A stretch of 64,000 nucleotides of DNA from an uncultured delta proteobacterium. GTDB lineage: Bacteria > Desulfobacterota > Binatia > UBA9968. Position 1 is the first letter of the stretch. The number at the start of each line of letters is the position of its first letter. Shown piece after piece: positions 60,735 through 64,000 of this stretch. The notes beneath the pieces were generated by a model, which saw nothing but the letters and a program-made list of their open reading frames with translations, did not search any database and was not told where the DNA came from. Position numbers and translations under genes: made by a program. The stretch spans positions 125,404 through 189,403 of the forward strand of contig CAVXEP010000025.1 in NCBI GenBank assembly GCA_963760795.1, read 5' to 3'.

Positions 60735-60979
60735 GCGGCGGTTTTACGTCGCGCCGGGATTTCTCTGACAATGCCGCGGCGGGTCAATGCCAGCGCCTCG
60801 CGCACCCCCTGCGCCGTGATCAGGCCGCGATATTGCCGGGCGATGGCGTCAGGCGTGTACCACGCTTTGGTCAATTCAACTGCATCGGATACCAGAATTC
60901 GCGTGCCGCGAAAGATCAATCGCCCATTGCAAACACGGGTATCCGCCGCCAAGTGTTTACCGATCTCTATGCGGGCCAT
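60731..60979 (-). CDS. DUF433 family antitoxin
   Basis: DTRVCNGRLIFRGTRILV..VREAL; AAGGAGG RBS. Confidence 0.85.
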   Translation of the reverse strand: MARIEIGKHLAADTRVCNGRLIFRGTRILVSDAVELTKAWYTPDAIARQYRGLITAQGVREALALTRRGIVREIPARRKTAA

Positions 60980-61053
60980 AAGCCATCTACCTCCTTGGCA
61001 AAGTCTACATCAACACCACCACGCGATCAAAAGCTGTGAGTGGCGCCTAACAG

Positions 61054-61417
61054 TTGGACCGATGCTGCGGTTGGCACTCTTCACAGCGACCGATTATCTT
61101 TGCCACAGCAATACTGTGTTGTGTGGAACGAGCTCGGTTCGTGGATCTGGCGGCAAAACATCGCCTGCCGGCGATGTACAGCCAGGGAGACTTTGTCGAG
61201 AGCGGCGGCTTGATGTCCTACGGAGCCGATCAGACGGAACCATACAGACGCGCCGCGGTGATGGTCGACAAGATCCTCAAAGGAACGAAGCCAGCCGACA
61301 TTCCGGTCGAGCAGCCGACACAAGTTCGAGTTCATCATCAATCTGAAAGCAGCGAAAGCGATCGGCCTCACGATCCCGCCAAATGTGCTGGTGCGGGCGG
61401 ACAAGGTGATTAAGTAG
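61054..61417 (+). pseudogene. 3-prime remnant of a PF04392-like SBP
   Basis: [43 protein letters not shown]; 5-prime part absent. Confidence 0.7.
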
Positions 61418-61438
61418 GCAAGGGGCGAGTGTTCGGAT

Positions 61439-61466
61439 GGGCCGAGTCACGCAGGTCGGCCCCTAC
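61439..61466 (-). repeat. GTAG-type REP-like palindrome
   Basis: Minus strand GTAG-GGGCCGAC-CTGCGTGAC-TCGGCCC. Confidence 0.6.
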
Positions 61467-61531
61467 ACGCGTTGGACAATCGAAAATCCAAAACTTGTCC
61501 TGAGCGAATGCGCAGGATCTTAGGATGACAT

Positions 61532-62617
61532 ATGCCAAACAAAATCTTAATCGTCGACGACGAACCGTTTAATCTCGATCTGCTCGAACAAGAGCTGATG
61601 GAGTACGAATATGTCCTCGAGCGCGCCACCGATGGCATCGACGCGCTGGCGAAGGCTGATAGTTTCAGTCCGGACATCATCCTGCTCGACTACATGATGC
61701 CGAGGATGAACGGCCTCGAAGTCGTTAGGGCGCTACGGCAGAGCGAGCGCCACAAGAGCGTGCCGGTGATCCTCTTAACCGCCAAAGCGACCCAGGAAGA
61801 CAAGGTCGCCGGTCTCGACGCCGGCGCCGACGATTATGTCACCAAGCCGTTCGATTCTTTCGAGTTATTAGCGCGGGTGCGCGCCATGCTGCGCATCAAA
61901 GAGCTGCACGACCAACTGGGCGAGTGGAATCGCACGCTGGCGGAGAAAGTCCAGCAACAAGTCGGCGAGCTGAAGCGCATGGAGCGTTTGAAACGCTACC
62001 TCTCGCCGCAGATCGCCGAGACCATCCTGGAGAAAGAAGAAAACCTGTTCAGAACCCATCGCCGCGAGATCACCGTGGTATTCCTCGACTTGCGCGGCTT
62101 CACGGCGTTCTCGGACAATGCCGAGCCCGAGGAAGTCATGGACCTGCTGCGCGATTATCACGCCGAGATGGGCAAGCTGATTTTCAAATTTGAAGGCACA
62201 CTGGAACGTTTCGTCGGCGACGGCATCGTGGTGATCTTCAACGATCCGCTGCCCTGCGAAGACCATGGCCGCAAAGCCGTCAGCATGGCGATCGAGATGC
62301 GCGATCGGGCCAAAGAACTGCGTATCGCTTGGACGAAGAAGGGCTACGATCTCGACCTCGGTGTCGGCTTGGCCACCGGCTACGCGACCCTGGGCACCAT
62401 CGGTTTCGAGGGACGCATGGACTATAGCTCCGTCGGTAATTTGCCAAATCTCGCGGCGCGCATGTGCGCCGAGGCCAAGGGCGGGCAGATCCTGACCGAC
62501 CAAAAAACCATGAGCCGGTTGGAAGAGTTCTTCGATAGCGAAGCCTTCGAGGAGTTCCAATTGAAAGGGCTAAGCCGCCCGGTGCGAGTGTTTAATATCC
62601 TCGCAGCGAAGGCGTAG
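61532..62617 (+). CDS. Response-regulator receiver fused to class III adenylate/guanylate cyclase
   Basis: REC; [25 protein letters not shown]. Confidence 0.92.
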   Translation: MPNKILIVDDEPFNLDLLEQELMEYEYVLERATDGIDALAKADSFSPDIILLDYMMPRMNGLEVVRALRQSERHKSVPVILLTAKATQEDKVAGLDAGADDYVTKPFDSFELLARVRAMLRIKELHDQLGEWNRTLAEKVQQQVGELKRMERLKRYLSPQIAETILEKEENLFRTHRREITVVFLDLRGFTAFSDNAEPEEVMDLLRDYHAEMGKLIFKFEGTLERFVGDGIVVIFNDPLPCEDHGRKAVSMAIEMRDRAKELRIAWTKKGYDLDLGVGLATGYATLGTIGFEGRMDYSSVGNLPNLAARMCAEAKGGQILTDQKTMSRLEEFFDSEAFEEFQLKGLSRPVRVFNILAAKA

Positions 62618-62984
62618 CGGTAATCTCACGGTGTCACGCTGTCTGCGTCAGAGGTTTCTTTTGCCTTGTCTGCGCCTACTTCAAATCTCGCAACGCGAAC
62701 CAACTGTCCTGCCAGGTACCAAGTGACAGCGATCGCGTTTCCCATCTGAGTTCGCGCCTATCAGCGCGACTTTACCTGCCGCGGATGATTATTTTTCAAG
62801 AATTGGGCGGGCCATCCTTCTCCATCGTCGTTGCGACGCGTCATGAGTGCGATTATACACGAATAAAACAACACGCAGTTAATTTGTAACGCGTCGTTGC
62901 AGGCAAACTTTATCAAGCCATCGTGGTGCAGCGTATAGGAATAGAAAAAATTCTGAAAAAAAATTGTAGAATAGTATTTTTTTC

Positions 62985-63014
62985 TTGACATACCATTAAT
63001 TGTGTCACTATACT
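62985..63014 (+). promoter_or_regulatory. Strong sigma70 promoter
   Basis: TTGACA-18 nt-TATACT with A/T-tract UP-like region upstream. Confidence 0.78.
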
Positions 63015-63128
63015 CTGCGCAGGTACAAAATATGGGAGGGTTGCTGATAGTAAACTGTCTTCGCCTGAGTCAAGCTGTTCTTCCTATCAAGAAAATACCC
63101 GCCCGTTTAATCTTACAAGGAGGTGCTT

Positions 63129-63176
63129 ATGGCAGCTAAGAAAAAGGCCAAAAAGAAAGCCAAAAAGAAAAAGTAG
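63129..63176 (+). CDS. 15-aa lysine-rich micro-protein MAAKKKAKKKAKKKK
   Basis: Perfect AAGGAGGT RBS 4 nt before ATG; mixed AAA/AAG codons. Confidence 0.65.
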   Translation: MAAKKKAKKKAKKKK

Positions 63177-63262
63177 TTAATTAATTTGTGGAGTTGTGGT
63201 GGTGGTGGAATAAACCCTCCTTACTCTCAGGCGACCAGATAACCGTTCTGGTTATCTCTCAC

Positions 63263-63302
63263 AGAAGCCCTCCGGAAATGATTCGGGGGGCTTTCTGCTT
63301 TT
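63263..63302 (+). terminator. Rho-independent terminator
   Basis: AGAAGCCCTCCGGA...TTCGGGGGGCTTTCT followed by GCTTTT. Confidence 0.65.
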
Positions 63303-63463
63303 AGAAACCCCGTTTCCGAAATTTTTCACCGTATCAGTACACCATGTCGGCAGCATAGCGGCGAGTTTTACTCCGAAACCGGCCTAGGAACAAATTTACC
63401 GCGCCGTTGGTTCAGTCAGCATGTATTGCGCCGCTTTATACAGTTGGTTAGAGTGCGATGACA

Positions 63464-64000
63464 ATGAAGATGAAGCCTCGGCATCTATTCTTCGCGCTTT
63501 GTCTGGTGCAGCTGATTTTTTTCGACTGGACACCTCACGACGGCGACGCCGCAGAGTCCTCAGCCAAAGTCGACTACAAAGCGGTGCCGATTCTCCAGCC
63601 GATGAAAGAGGTCGCGCCGACACCGGAAATCAATCTCACCACTCCCGACGGCAAAAAAATCTCCTTGCGCGACTTTCGCGGCAAGGTTGTCATGTTGAAT
63701 TTCTGGGCCAGCTGGTGCGTCCCTTGCCGCGAAGAGATGCCGGCGATGGAAAAGCTCTATCAAGAATTTAAGGACAAGAACTTTGTCATCCTCGCGGTGG
63801 CGGTCAAAGATCGCAAACAAGACGCCGTCGATTTCGTCAAGGAACTCAAGCTCACCTACCCGATCGCCCTCGATCCCGACGCTAAAGTCGGCCAGGAATA
63901 TGGCGCTTGGGGATTGCCCGCGACCTATCTCATAGGTTCCAAAGGCGAAGGTTTAGCGCGCGGCTGGGGACCGGCGGACTGGCATAGCGCAGGCGCGCGT
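63464..64000 (+). CDS. TlpA/ResA-family thiol-disulfide oxidoreductase (runs off window)
   Basis: Manual translation: signal segment, LRDFRGKVVMLNFWASWCVPCREEMP, GLPATYLI. Confidence 0.9.
   Translation, partial: MKMKPRHLFFALCLVQLIFFDWTPHDGDAAESSAKVDYKAVPILQPMKEVAPTPEINLTTPDGKKISLRDFRGKVVMLNFWASWCVPCREEMPAMEKLYQEFKDKNFVILAVAVKDRKQDAVDFVKELKLTYPIALDPDAKVGQEYGAWGLPATYLIGSKGEGLARGWGPADWHSAGAR

Larger units (their letters stand above)
63020..63302 (+). ncRNA. Putative structured RNA of about 280 nt enclosing a micro-ORF
   Basis: Own promoter and terminator; long-range complements GGAGGGTT/AACCCTCC and TCGCCTGAG/CTCAGGCGA; three local hairpins. Confidence 0.5.

Noticed and set aside
63020-63302. 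tmRNA, 6S, RNase P or SRP RNA
   Set aside because: No tRNA-like ends or known conserved motifs; the ORF has its own RBS and ATG

Overview
GC-rich Gram-negative bacterial chromosome segment. The gene order (kds-lpt-rpoN-ptsN-rapZ-HPr-metK-ahcY) and the expansion of orphan solute-binding proteins (SBPs) suggest a deltaproteobacteria-like lineage such as Ca. Binatota; this is inference only. Single-base indels occur even in a normally essential gene (kdsB), so the assembly looks error-prone and most frameshifts are treated as probable artefacts. Layout: 1-7 kb carries hemW, a MetE-like gene and an atypical nitrile-hydratase-like operon. 7-20 kb is housekeeping. 20-35 kb is catabolic/redox genes, including a probable OsmC-like selenoprotein (in-frame UGA plus a SECIS-like hairpin). 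35.5-62.6 kb is a signalling island: two GAF histidine kinases, three related receiver proteins (sigma54 activator, single-domain, adenylate cyclase), a putative phosphodiesterase, a cNMP-domain DASS transporter, about 13 orphan SBP genes or fragments without permeases, an SCO protein and three antisense toxin-antitoxin-like pairs. 63.0-63.3 kb is a stand-alone transcription unit with long-range, pseudoknot-like complementarity enclosing a 15-aa lysine-rich micro-ORF. No rRNA, tRNA, CRISPR array, integrase or transposase was seen.
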